Notes: generated from the sequence alone by a model not told the origin. Counted from the stretch's first letter, positions 39,824-49,676 are shown. The stretch is DNA of 64,000 bases from an uncultured delta proteobacterium (GCA_963776345.1 CAVZMH010000016.1:416001-480000); one strand, 5' to 3'. Translations and numbers: made by a program.

Positions 39824-40728
39824 TACGGCGTGACCGCCTTCCAGCTGTCGTCGGGGTCGTAGGCCTTGAGGGCCGCGGCGGCCTGCGCGGTCTTCGACCC
39901 GAGGTCCTTCTGGAAGACCACCCCGGCCTGGTTCACCACGAAGGTCATCACGCCGGACTTCCCGTACGACGCCGGATAGGCGACGAGCGCGAAGCCGCGG
40001 GTGAGCTTCCCGCCCTCTCGGTAGTCCAGCGCGCCACCCTCGGCGTGCGGGCCCTGCGCGGTGAGGATCCGGAAGTAGTAGCCGCGGTATGGCGTGCGCT
40101 GGCCGTGCTTCGGTGCGTAACCCTCGCGGACGGCCCCGCTCACCGCCGGCCCCATCGGGCTCTCCGGCTCGCCCTGGGTCGTCTTCCAGTAGAGCCCGTC
40201 GCGCTTGCCGGGCGAGCTCATGAGCCGGTCCGCGTAGTGCGGCACGCTCGCACCCTCGCTGTTCCGCGCGAGGTAGTCCCGCTGCGCGCCCACGTAGCCG
40301 AGGCAGACCTGGATCGCGTCCAGCTCGTTCTGGCCCACCCGCCGGGCGAGGATCTCCTCCTGACCCGCCTTGGTGTCGAAGGTCCAGCCCGCCGTCCCCT
40401 TCACCAGGGGGACGGGGAAGGGCCACCCGTCGTCGCCGACGACCAGCGTCCGGGTCCTCTCGTCCGGCGAAGACAGCGTGTGGGTCCGGTCGTACAGCTC
40501 GACGAAGCGGCGGAGGGTGGCGCGATCGGCCACTGCATCGCCGGAGACGAGGACGGACCTCGACGGCTCGCCCATGACCGCGACCACGGCCTGGACCTCG
40601 CCGGAGCGCGCTGCCTCGACGAGCGCGTCGATGGCGGCCTCCGGGTTCGCGTACGTCCTGACGGCCGCGGCGAGCACCGGGCTCGCGAGGAGCAGGAGGA
40701 AGCAAACTGTCGTGCGTCGAAGGGTCAT
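39823..40728 (-). CDS. DUF2950-family protein
   Basis: WPFPVPL, RRVGQNELDAI, PGKRDGLYW, PYRGYYFRIL, YPASYGKSGVMTF. Confidence 0.85.
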   Translation of the reverse strand: MTLRRTTVCFLLLLASPVLAAAVRTYANPEAAIDALVEAARSGEVQAVVAVMGEPSRSVLVSGDAVADRATLRRFVELYDRTHTLSSPDERTRTLVVGDDGWPFPVPLVKGTAGWTFDTKAGQEEILARRVGQNELDAIQVCLGYVGAQRDYLARNSEGASVPHYADRLMSSPGKRDGLYWKTTQGEPESPMGPAVSGAVREGYAPKHGQRTPYRGYYFRILTAQGPHAEGGALDYREGGKLTRGFALVAYPASYGKSGVMTFVVNQAGVVFQKDLGSKTAQAAAALKAYDPDDSWKAVTP

Positions 40729-40734
40729 GATCGC

Positions 40735-42117
40735 TCAGCGCCTCCCGCCGCCACCGCGCCCACCACCGCCCCGGCTCGCCGTGCCCCGGCTGCTGGCGGC
40801 GCGGGTCTGGGGCCCGCTGCCCATGCCGCCAAACGCCGGACCGGAAGGCGCGGGCTTCGCCGAGGGTGCGCCCCAGCCGCGGTCGCCGCCGCCGCCGCCG
40901 CCGCCGTAGCCGCCTCCCGGCGACGGGGGGGTGCTCGGCATCCCGGTCGACGGCCGCGGCCCTCCAGCTCCGGCGCCTGGAGCTCCGCCGCCCGCCGGAA
41001 GCTGGCTCGGCGCTGCGGGACCTCCCGGCCGGGCTCCGGGACTCCCCGCCCCGCCGCCCGCCGGAAGCTGGCTCGGCGTTCCGGGCCCTCCCGGCCGCGC
41101 TCCGGGGCCTCCCGGCCCCCCCGGACCTCCGACACCGCCAGGGCTTCCCGGCCCTCCGACTCCTCCGACTCCTCCCGGCCCTCCGACTCCTCCGGGTCCG
41201 CCCGGGCCTCCGACGCCGCCTGGCCCGCCGGGGCCCCCTGGGCCTCCGACACCTCCGGGCGGTCGTCCTCCCCCGCCTGGCGGACGCGGCGGGTACGGTG
41301 GCCGCGGCGGGTACGGCGGATAGGGCGGGTAGCGCCAGTAGCTCGACCCGATGGCGAACCCGATGCTGAAGCTCAGCACCGCGCCACCCATGGCGTACCC
41401 GGGCGGGTAGATCGGCGGCGGCGGGTACGCGGGGTACGCCCAGGTCCCGTAGACCACCGTCGGGCTGTAGACCGGCACGTAGACCACCTCGGGCTGCGCG
41501 GGCTCGATGCGGATGATGGTCGTGCCCTCGCTGCCTTGCGCCGCGGCCTGCTCGACCTTCACCGTCTGCTGCGACGAGGACTTGAGGTTCCCGGCCTCCA
41601 TGGCCCGGGCACGGAGCTGCTGGACGGCGAAGAGCACCGAGTCCTTCTGGGTCCGGTACGCGGTGCCGAGATCGCGCGCCCAGTCCTGGTGCTCGCTCAG
41701 CATCTTGAGGACGTCGGGGAGCGCGGAGAGCGCCTTCACGCTCCCGTCCCACGACTTGTCCTTCAGGGCCGCCTCCAGGTCCTTTCCCGACAGGCTGGGG
41801 TGCGCCTTGAGGAACGCCGCCGCGTCGGCGACCTCCTTCGGACGGAGCGACGCCTCGAGCACCTGCCCGAGCAACGGATCCGGGAAGAGCGCGATGGGCG
41901 AGACGATGGCCTCGAGCGCCTCGGGGGCGAACCCTCCCTCGGTGGCGGGGGGAGCAGCCGGCGCTGCGGACGGGCCCGGCGCCGGTGCTGCGGGAGCTGC
42001 CGGCGCGGGGGCAGGCGCCGCCGCTGCGGGCTGCGCCGTGCCCTGGGCCTGGCTCGCCGAGGAACCGGCGCATGCAGAGACCATCGAGGCGACGAGGAGG
42101 GACCGCCCGAGCGTCAT
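40735..42117 (-). CDS. DUF3300-family lipoprotein with Gly/Pro-rich tail
   Basis: SPIALFPDPLLGQVL.AS, WDGSVKAL, IEPAQPEVVYVPVY.P.VVYG; GGPGGP tail. Confidence 0.85.
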   Translation of the reverse strand: MTLGRSLLVASMVSACAGSSASQAQGTAQPAAAAPAPAPAAPAAPAPGPSAAPAAPPATEGGFAPEALEAIVSPIALFPDPLLGQVLEASLRPKEVADAAAFLKAHPSLSGKDLEAALKDKSWDGSVKALSALPDVLKMLSEHQDWARDLGTAYRTQKDSVLFAVQQLRARAMEAGNLKSSSQQTVKVEQAAAQGSEGTTIIRIEPAQPEVVYVPVYSPTVVYGTWAYPAYPPPPIYPPGYAMGGAVLSFSIGFAIGSSYWRYPPYPPYPPRPPYPPRPPGGGGRPPGGVGGPGGPGGPGGVGGPGGPGGVGGPGGVGGVGGPGSPGGVGGPGGPGGPGARPGGPGTPSQLPAGGGAGSPGARPGGPAAPSQLPAGGGAPGAGAGGPRPSTGMPSTPPSPGGGYGGGGGGGDRGWGAPSAKPAPSGPAFGGMGSGPQTRAASSRGTASRGGGGRGGGGRR

Positions 42118-42205
42118 GGCCGCACTCTGCCAGGAACACCCCGGGGCGGGTCGACGAAGCACATGGGACCAAGGTGCAACACAGGGTCCCCGACCCCGAG
42201 CCGCC

Positions 42206-43093
42206 CTAGCGCGCGATGGCCACCCTCGGAGACGCGGGCGCCGCCTCCTGGACGCAGGCATGGTCCGCGTTGGACCACTGCTTCTGCAGCTGCCACCGGG
42301 TGCCGCCGAGGGCGACGCAGCTGCCGAACCTCCAGTTGCACTTGTCGGCGATCTCGTCCCCCGAGCGGTCCAGCCAGCCGTTCCCGTCCGGGTCAGTGAG
42401 CATCTCCATCACCTCGTGGGCCGTGACGTTGGCCAGCGCGCGCGTGGCCGGGCCGAGGCCGTTGCAGCGGAAGAGGTCTCCCGGATCGCACTGCGGCGCG
42501 CTGGCCATGTTCGGCAGGTAGGCCACGTGGATGCGGCGCCCGTCGGGACAGCGTCCGCCGTCGTGCCAGGCGCAGAAGTTCGACGGCTCGGGGAAGCCGT
42601 CGGTGAAGACCAGGTACAGCGCCGTCGGGCTCGGCACCTGGCGCGCGTCGGCCAGCACCTGGCACACCTTGGCCACGATCTCCTCCGTCGATGGCGAGTG
42701 GGTCGGCGAGGGCGAGGTCTCCATCAGGTGGCCGAGGAAGGTCGTCCGCGCCGGCCGGCGCACGTACTGGTCGACGATGGCCAGGTAGCGGGAGCCGTCC
42801 AGGCCGGAGAGGAAGGTGTCCATCCCCGACATCGCGTCGGCAGGGAACCGGGACGCGTCACCCCACCAGATGGCGTAGACGGGCGCCTCGGGGATGACGG
42901 CGCCCCCGAGGTCCTCGAGGTCGTCGGACGACCACCGCGCGGCGCCGGCCCGGCGGGTGGCCATGATCGACGTGTGGCCCGCGGGAGCGACCGGGGTCTC
43001 CGCGACGAGCGGCTCGCGGGGATCCCACCCCGCGGCGCCGAGACAGCCGCAGAGCCCGAGCGAGGCGACCAGGAGGTAGATGGAAGCGCGCAC
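42206..43093 (-). CDS. Secreted protein with HExxE motif (phosphate-induced protein 1/EXORDIUM-like)
   Basis: VYAIWWG, FCAWH, AHEVMEMLTDP..GW....GDEIADKC, QKQWSN...C. Confidence 0.55.
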   Translation of the reverse strand: MRASIYLLVASLGLCGCLGAAGWDPREPLVAETPVAPAGHTSIMATRRAGAARWSSDDLEDLGGAVIPEAPVYAIWWGDASRFPADAMSGMDTFLSGLDGSRYLAIVDQYVRRPARTTFLGHLMETSPSPTHSPSTEEIVAKVCQVLADARQVPSPTALYLVFTDGFPEPSNFCAWHDGGRCPDGRRIHVAYLPNMASAPQCDPGDLFRCNGLGPATRALANVTAHEVMEMLTDPDGNGWLDRSGDEIADKCNWRFGSCVALGGTRWQLQKQWSNADHACVQEAAPASPRVAIAR

Positions 43094-43229
43094 CGGACGG
43101 CCCTCCACGAGTGCTCTCCCCGGCCGGATCTCGACCCAGGGGCGCACCAGCGTCAAGGAGCAGCCCGCGGCCGGGCGTCGGACCGCCGGCGCCGACCGGT
43201 TGTGCAACGCTCCGGCGTCGCGAGGGGTC

Positions 43230-43541
43230 TCAGCCCTTCGCAGCGAGCACGTCGTGCTTCTCGATCCGCGGCGGCTCGGCCAGCAACTCCGGCGCCTTCG
43301 CCATCAGGGCGGCGGCGACGCGTCCAGAGAGATGCGCCTGTCGGCCCTCCTCCCCGGCGAAGGTGTCGAAGATGGCGAACGTCCGTCGGTCGAAGCGGAT
43401 CGCGTACCACTGCAAGGTGCCCGGCTCGTCCTGCACCAGCGCCAGGCCCGCGCGGAGGAAGTCCTCCACCGCGCGCTCCTTGCCCTCCTTCGCCACGAGC
43501 CGGACGAACAGCCCCATCTTCACGCTGGCCTGAGCTCCCAT
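43230..43541 (-). CDS. Antibiotic biosynthesis monooxygenase (ABM) family protein
   Basis: AKEGKE, EPGTLQWYA, FAIFDTF..EEGRQAHLSG. Confidence 0.85.
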   Translation of the reverse strand: MGAQASVKMGLFVRLVAKEGKERAVEDFLRAGLALVQDEPGTLQWYAIRFDRRTFAIFDTFAGEEGRQAHLSGRVAAALMAKAPELLAEPPRIEKHDVLAAKG

Positions 43542-43710
43542 CGAGACGTTCCTTTCGACGCTGGCCACCGCAGGACGGACCAGCTTCTCAGGGAGATGCA
43601 CCACCGCCGTCCTCGTTGCAGGCGCGCGCGAGGGACGGCCACCCGGGGGCACGGCCGGCCGGGAATCCGGCCATCTGCAGCGCTCGGTGGTCGACAGGAA
43701 CTGCGGGGGC

Positions 43711-43986
43711 TCAGCGGAAGCCGGCCGGACACTCCCGGCGCACCAGGGCCTTGGCCTGCTCCTGGCTCGCCGGGCGGAAGCCGCGGCGCTGGTACTTCTC
43801 GAGCTCTTCCTCCGGGAACCTCACCACCATCCCCGCCGGGTCCACGGCGAAGTACATCGACTCGTACTTCTCCTTCGGACACGGCTCGGCGCCCTTGGTC
43901 TGCCCGGAGGCCTCCGAGCAGCCGGACAGCGGCAGCGCCGCGAGCGCAGCGAGGAGAACGAGCGAGCGACCTGGACGCGACGTCAT
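43711..43986 (-). CDS. Small hypothetical lipoprotein
   Basis: Lipobox LSGC after a hydrophobic stretch; two further Cys. Confidence 0.5.
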   Translation of the reverse strand: MTSRPGRSLVLLAALAALPLSGCSEASGQTKGAEPCPKEKYESMYFAVDPAGMVVRFPEEELEKYQRRGFRPASQEQAKALVRRECPAGFR

Positions 43987-44365
43987 GACCATCACCGAAG
44001 CGTACGGGGCCGCCCTGCTGTGCGTGCAACGGAGGGTCATGTCCGCCGCGGTCGTGGGTGCGCGCAGATCTGCGCGGGGTCGAGAAAGCACCACGGTCGA
44101 ACCGCGCCCTCGGATAAGAGGACCGGCTCTCTCCGGAGGTCTCCTCGCCGATGAAGCGCCGCGCCCGCCGGCGAGGCGCTGCCGCGCGGACCTCCATTCC
44201 CCCGCGGCGAACCGCGCCTTTCATGCAGGAAGCGGAGACGCGTGGAGCTGGACTCCAGCCAACGGGCTCGCCCGTGCAGCCGCGTTCCTCCGGATGCGCG
44301 ATGAGCGGACGTACAACGGCACATCACTCCGTCGCTGCGGCGGCACACGCCGCGGGAGATCTCCG

Positions 44366-45815
44366 ATGCGCGCTCGACATCTGCTTCCACCGCTGCTCCT
44401 GCTCCCGGCGCTGGCCCTCGCGGCCGAGGGTGCGCCGGCGACCGTCCCCATCACCACCTCCTCCCCCGAGGCCCGGGCCCTGTACCTCGAGGGCCGGGAT
44501 CTGGTGGAGCGCCTCAAGGGCACCGAGGGTCACCTCCGCACCGACCAGGCGGTGAAGAAGGACCCGCAGTTCGCCCTGGGGTGGCTGCAGTGGGCCCAGA
44601 CGGCGGGGACGGCCAAGGAGTTCTTCGCCGGGCTGGACAGGGCGGTGGCCGCTGCCGGCCACGCCACCGAGGGCGAGCAACTCCTGATCCGCGCGGTCGA
44701 GGCGGGCGCCAAGTCCCGTACCGCCGAGCAGAACCAGCTCCTGGCCACGCTGGCGAAGAAGTTCCCCTTGGATCCGCGGGTCCACGCCCAGATCGGAAAC
44801 GTGGCCTTCGGCGGCCAGGACTGGGACCGCGTCGTCCACGAAATGACCCGCGCGACCGAGCTCGACCCGAAGTTCACCCTCCCCTACAATCAGCTGGGCT
44901 ACGCCTACCGCTTCCAGGGCAAGTACGCGGAGGCCGAGAAGGCGTTCCAGAAGTACGCCGAGCTGCTCCCCGACGACCCGAACCCCCACGACTCCTACGC
45001 CGAGCTCCTGATGCGGATGGGCCGCTTCGACGACTCCATCTCCCGCTACCGGAAGGCGCTGCAGATCGACCCGCTCTTCCTCTCGGCCTACGTGGGCATC
45101 GCCAACGACCAGATCCTGCTCGGCAAGGGCGACGAGGCGCGGGGCACGCTGAAGCAGATGCTGGGCAAGGCACGGACGGACGGAGAGAGGCGCTTGACCT
45201 GGTTCTGGACCGCCGAGTCCTACATGCACGAGGAGCGCTGGACCGACGCCATCCGCAGCCTGGAGGAGGAGAAGAAGATCGCCGATGCCGCCGGTGACGT
45301 GATCTCGGCGTCCCAGGACGTGAACTTCATCGGGAACCTCCTCCTCGGGCGCGGGGAAGCCGGCCGACGCCGCGCGACGGTTCGAGGAGAGCGTCCGGAT
45401 GGCGGAGGGCTCGAAGGCCTCCGACGCCGTCAAGGACACCGCCCGCCGCGGGCACCTCTTCGACATGGCCCGCGTGGCGCTGCTGAAGGGCGACCTGACC
45501 ACGGCGCGGGCCACCGCCGCCAAGTACGCCGCGGCGGTCGAGGCGAAGGCGGTCCCCTTCGAGGTCCGGCAGTCGCACGAGCTGGCCGGGATGATCGCCG
45601 TCCAGGCGAAGGAGTGGGACGCCGCGCTGGCCGAGCTGGGCAAGGCGGGACAGCAAAACCCGCGGGTGCTCTACTTCACCGGCCTCGCCTGGCAGGGCAA
45701 GGGCGACTCGGCGAAGGCGACGGACGCCTTCCGTGCCGCCGCGGAGCTCAACCAGCTACACCCGGTCTACGGCTTCATCCGGCCGCAGGCGCGCCGGCAG
45801 CTCGCGCGGAGCTGA
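44366..45815 (+). CDS. Secreted TPR protein; frameshift in the G-run near 45355
   Basis: Signal peptide, ITTSSPEA..LY..G, several TPRs; removing one G joins it to ORF 45399-45815. Confidence 0.78.
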
Positions 45816-45825
45816 GCGCCACGGG

Positions 45826-45864
45826 CGGTCCCCGGATCGCTCGGCCGAGAGCGATCCGGGACCG
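45826..45864. terminator. GC-rich hairpin between convergent genes
   Basis: CGGTCCCCGGATCGCTC-GGCCGA-GAGCGATCCGGGACCG; no U-tract. Confidence 0.5.
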
Positions 45865-45878
45865 ACCCTCGACGAGGC

Positions 45879-46724
45879 TCAGGGCTTCTCGATCGGCGCG
45901 CCGATCAGGTTGCCGTACTCGGTCCAGCTGCCGTCGTAGTTCTTCACGTCCTTGAACCCGAGCAGGTACTTGAGGACGAACCAGGTGTGGCTGCTGCGCT
46001 CGCCGATCCGGCAGTAGGCGATGGTCGCCTTCTTCGGGTCGAGGCGCTTCTGGTCCAGGTAGATGGCCCGGAGCTCGTCGGCGCTCTTGAAGGTGTTCTC
46101 GTTGGTGACCGCGATGCTCCAGGGAATGCTGGTGGCGCCCGGGACATGCCCCCCGCGCTGGGCGGTCTCGGTCATCCCCGGCGGGGCGATGACCTTGCCG
46201 GTGAACTCGTCGGGGCTGCGGACGTCCACCAGCGGCGCCTTCTTCTCGCTCGCTGCGAGGACCTCCGGCACCTTGGCCCGGAGCGAAGTGTCCACCGAGG
46301 CCGCCTTGTACTGGCTGCGGGGGAACTTCTGGACCTCGGTGGTGAGCGGGGCGTTGTCCTCGTTCAGCCACTTGGCGCGCCCGCCGTTCAGCAGCCGGAC
46401 GTCCTTGTGCCCGTAGATCTTGTAGAGCCAGAACCCGTAGGCGGCGAACCAGTTGCTCGCGTCGCCGTAGATGACCACGGTGTCGGAGTTCTTGATGCCG
46501 GCCTCCGAGTTCAGCTTCTCGAAATCTTCCTTGGAGATGATGTCGCGCTTCACCTGGTCGTTGAGCTGGGTGGTCCAGTCCCAGCCCACCGCCCCGGCGA
46601 TGTGACCCGCGGCGTAGAGCTTCGGGTCCACGTCCACCTCGACGATGCGGACGTTGGGGGTCTTGAGGTTCTGCTTCAGCCAGTCGGTGGTGACGAGGAC
46701 CTCGGGATGTGCGTAGTCGGCCAT
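45879..46724 (-). CDS. Two-domain sulfurtransferase (rhodanese, CysA/SseA type)
   Basis: GHIAGAV, LLNGGR.KW, DVRSPDEF.G, YCRIGERSS, YDGSWTEY. Confidence 0.93.
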   Translation of the reverse strand: MADYAHPEVLVTTDWLKQNLKTPNVRIVEVDVDPKLYAAGHIAGAVGWDWTTQLNDQVKRDIISKEDFEKLNSEAGIKNSDTVVIYGDASNWFAAYGFWLYKIYGHKDVRLLNGGRAKWLNEDNAPLTTEVQKFPRSQYKAASVDTSLRAKVPEVLAASEKKAPLVDVRSPDEFTGKVIAPPGMTETAQRGGHVPGATSIPWSIAVTNENTFKSADELRAIYLDQKRLDPKKATIAYCRIGERSSHTWFVLKYLLGFKDVKNYDGSWTEYGNLIGAPIEKP

Positions 46725-46861
46725 GATGGTGCTCCTCTCGTTCCTTGGTGAGACGGGTGGATGTCAGCCCCGGTGGCGGCGGCCGCGACAACAGATCGCA
46801 GCCCCGGACAGGGGTGCAGATCGGGTCGGCGGTCGGGCAGTCATGGGCTCACACACCTCCA

Positions 46862-47827
46862 TCACGGGTCCGCCTTCAGGCCGGGCACGTGCTTGAGCAT
46901 GTTGGATGCGTACTTGAAGACGTCGTCGCAGAAGATCATCACTCCGAAGGGGACCGGCCCCTTCCGGGCGATCCGCCGGGCGCCCTCGAAGATGAGGCCG
47001 GAGCTCGGGCCGGCGCGCAGCCCCTCGTGGCGGGCCAGCTCGGCGGCCACCCTGTATGCCAGCTCGAAGTCGATCTCGAGGATCTCGTCCACCAACTTCG
47101 GGTCGTAGAGCTGCGAGACGTCCAGCTCGGAGACGTTGCGGATGCCGGGCACGTCGTGTCCCGGGCTCGGCTGAACGGCGATCACCTTCACCGCCGGGTT
47201 CTTCGCCTTGAGGAACTTGCTGAGCCCCATCACCGTGCCACACGTACCGAGCGAGGTGAAGACGTGGGTCACCTTCCCTTGCGTCTGCCGCCAGATCTCG
47301 GGGCCGGTGGTGCGGACGTGGGCCTCGACGTTCTGGCGGTTGGCGTACTGGTTGGGCATCACGTAGCGGTCGGCCGAGGCCTTGGAGTGAGTCTTGGCCA
47401 GCCCGATGGTCCCGTCCTCGCTCCCCGGCAAGGGACAGAGCGCGTCGGGCACCACCTCGACCTGGGCCCCGAAGACTTGCAGGAGGACCTTCTTCTCCTC
47501 GGGGACCTTGGAGGGCACGACGGCGAGCATGGGATAGCCGCGGACGCCGGCCAGGGCGGTAAGGCTGAGGCCGGTGTTCCCGCTGGTGGGCTCGACGATG
47601 CCCCGGCCCGGCTTGCCAGGCCCCAGCTCGCCCCGCGCCTCGAGGTCCCGGATCATCGCCCAGGCGGCCCGGTCTTTCACCGAGCCGAAGGGGTTCATCC
47701 ACTCGAGCTTGGCCCAGAGCTGCGAGCCCTCCGGGACCAGCCGGTTGAGTCGGACGATGGGCGAGGGGTTCTCCTCGTCGGGGAGCATCTGGGTGATGTC
47801 GTCGTAAACGCGTGCGGAATGGTCCAT
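46862..47827 (-). CDS. PLP-dependent cysteine synthase family protein
   Basis: KLEWMNPFGSVKDR, EPTSGNTG, NQY.N, GTCGT, GPSSG. Confidence 0.9.
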   Translation of the reverse strand: MDHSARVYDDITQMLPDEENPSPIVRLNRLVPEGSQLWAKLEWMNPFGSVKDRAAWAMIRDLEARGELGPGKPGRGIVEPTSGNTGLSLTALAGVRGYPMLAVVPSKVPEEKKVLLQVFGAQVEVVPDALCPLPGSEDGTIGLAKTHSKASADRYVMPNQYANRQNVEAHVRTTGPEIWRQTQGKVTHVFTSLGTCGTVMGLSKFLKAKNPAVKVIAVQPSPGHDVPGIRNVSELDVSQLYDPKLVDEILEIDFELAYRVAAELARHEGLRAGPSSGLIFEGARRIARKGPVPFGVMIFCDDVFKYASNMLKHVPGLKADP

Positions 47828-48148
47828 CGGGCGGGTCCTCTAACGGGGAGGGGGCGGGGACGACAGCAGGGAGGCGAGAGCGGCGCGGGGGAACGCCCCC
47901 GGCTCGTCAACCTCTCAACGACAGCAACAACAGCGCGCCGGGGCCCGGCCGGTGCCCGGAAGGCTGCAGGCGCTGGCCGATGGACGCGGCACGGTCCGCG
48001 GACGGTAACGCCCTCCCCCGGCGGACGCCAGCGCCGCCCAGGCGTCCCGTCCAGCGGGGCTGCTCTTCTCCGCTGCCTGCTTCTTGCAGCACTCCCCCAC
48101 GCTGACCGCAGTGTCGCGAGGGATTTCGATGGGTTCGGGATCGAGAAG

Positions 48149-48695
48149 GATGGGTCAACTGGGGTCGCTGCTGTTGCTCGCGACCCTCCTCCCTGGAACC
48201 ACGGCGTGGGCCCAGGGCACCGTGTGTCACCGCGTCTGGGTGGAGGTGCGGGACAACGATCTGATGGGCAACTCGGAGATGACCGCGCCGCCCCGCACCC
48301 GGTACCCGGGCAAGTTCTGCTTCATCGTCTACGACCGGCGGACGGCGCGCTTCTCGCTCGAGCCCGACGACTCGTCGGCCAAACCCTTCGCCTCGCTGGT
48401 GCTGCGGAGGGGCCGGCATGCCGCCGCGTCCAATCTCGTGAGCTACGGGCGCTCGTCGCCGGACTACGACGAGGACCGGATCCGCGGCCGGAACGACTTC
48501 CTGTACCTCCGCACCTACGCCAACGGTGAGCGGCATTACGGCGCGACGGTCACCGACCTGACCGGACGGGTGACGCTCAGCTGGAGCGCCAGCCTGAGCC
48601 CGAAGGGCCCCCGGCTGGACGAGGTGCCTCCGCCGAAGGGCGCAACGCAGGTGGCTTCGAGCCCCCCTCACCGGCAGCCTCCCGGGCCTCAGTAG
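48149..48695 (+). CDS. Secreted hypothetical protein
   Basis: Signal-like MGQLGSLLLLATLLPGTTAWA-Q; its stop abuts the tRNA 3' end. Confidence 0.55.
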
Positions 48696-48768
48696 TACCC
48701 TCCCGGGATTCGAACCCGGATCCCCGGCTTCCGAGGCCGGTGCCTCTACCAAATTGGGCCAGAAGGGC
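48696..48768 (-). tRNA. Atypical tRNA: CGG (Pro) anticodon on a Leu-like body; possibly a pseudo-tRNA
   Basis: GCCCTTC TG GCCC AATTTGGTAG AGGC A CCGGC CTCGGAA GCCGG GGAT CCGGG TTCGAAT CCCGG GAGGGT A. Confidence 0.7.
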
Positions 48769-48860
48769 TCAGCTGAGCGCCTCCGCGACCGGGTCGGCAA
48801 CGACCTTCTGGGAACCTGGGGTGCTCTTCCTCGGACTGGCAATCGTGCGACGATGACCGG

Positions 48861-49676
48861 ATGCGCTCGCCGTGGATGCTCGCGCTTCTGGCTTCGGCCG
48901 CGGGCTGCGTGAAGCCGGATCCGGCGGAGATCGTCCAGCCGCTGGAGAGCACGCTCGGCGCCGCGGTGCCGGCGGCGTACTTCGCCGTAGCCTCGATGGC
49001 GGCGCTCGACGGTCGCCCGTCGCCGTGCGCGAAGGTGGTCACTCCGGCCGGCTCCGGAGGCAGCGTTCGCGTGGATGTCAGCCTCGGTGCAGGCTGCCCG
49101 CCGATGTTCGGCGCCGACGAGAGCGGCACGGTGGTCGTCACCGGGACGTGGACGCCACAGCTCGCAACGTTCTTGATGGACTTCACCGGTGTGTCGTACG
49201 GCGGGCGGCCGATGGTGGTCGTCGGGATCGCATCGATGACGGTCGCACGGGCGAACACCACCCACCTCGTCATCGGCTACGGCGAGGAGGACATCCGGGT
49301 GGGCACCGGCAGCACCCAGGCCGCCGGCGTCAAGCAGGTCGCGTGGGTGGTCGATGTGGACACGGCCGGCACCGACGACCCGTCCGACGATGCGATCTCC
49401 ATGTCCGGTGGCGACCAGGCCTTGTTCGCGGCCGGCGGCCTGACGCCCGAGGCCGACCTCACGCAGGTCGCCGTCGCCGAGGCCGTCTTCAAGCCCGGCT
49501 GCCGCAGGAACCCCAGCTCGGGCATCGCCGTCGTCCAGCGCGCCGGCACGCGGGGCGGCGGCTGGGTGCTGTTCAGGTTCCACGACGCCTGCGACGGCAC
49601 CACCGACGTCGCCGCCGCGCTGGCACCTTACGAGCTGCTGATCACCGATTCGCTGCCGCTCGCGTTCCTCCAGTAG
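48861..49676 (+). CDS. Hypothetical lipoprotein
   Basis: Lipobox AAGC; beta-rich with Cys pairs. Confidence 0.65.
   Translation: MRSPWMLALLASAAGCVKPDPAEIVQPLESTLGAAVPAAYFAVASMAALDGRPSPCAKVVTPAGSGGSVRVDVSLGAGCPPMFGADESGTVVVTGTWTPQLATFLMDFTGVSYGGRPMVVVGIASMTVARANTTHLVIGYGEEDIRVGTGSTQAAGVKQVAWVVDVDTAGTDDPSDDAISMSGGDQALFAAGGLTPEADLTQVAVAEAVFKPGCRRNPSSGIAVVQRAGTRGGGWVLFRFHDACDGTTDVAAALAPYELLITDSLPLAFLQ

Noticed and set aside
40880..41330. GC-rich tandem repeats
   Set aside because: They encode the Gly/Pro tail of the DUF3300 protein and are not an independent element.
38333..42172. 1279-aa ORF
   Set aside because: Only the last ~496 aa (GH13) are real; the rest is an off-frame reading of DUF2950/DUF3300.
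41507..45955. 1482-aa ORF and many other long Arg/Pro/Gly-rich overlapping ORFs (e.g. 14957-17662, 50265-52925, 60967-63942)
   Set aside because: Antisense or off-frame shadows, expected in very GC-rich DNA where stops are rare; they overlap well-supported genes.
45879..47827. Rhodanese/cysteine synthase as sulfur donors for the NosZ CuZ centre
   Set aside because: More than 10 kb away with unrelated genes in between; no sequence evidence of linkage.
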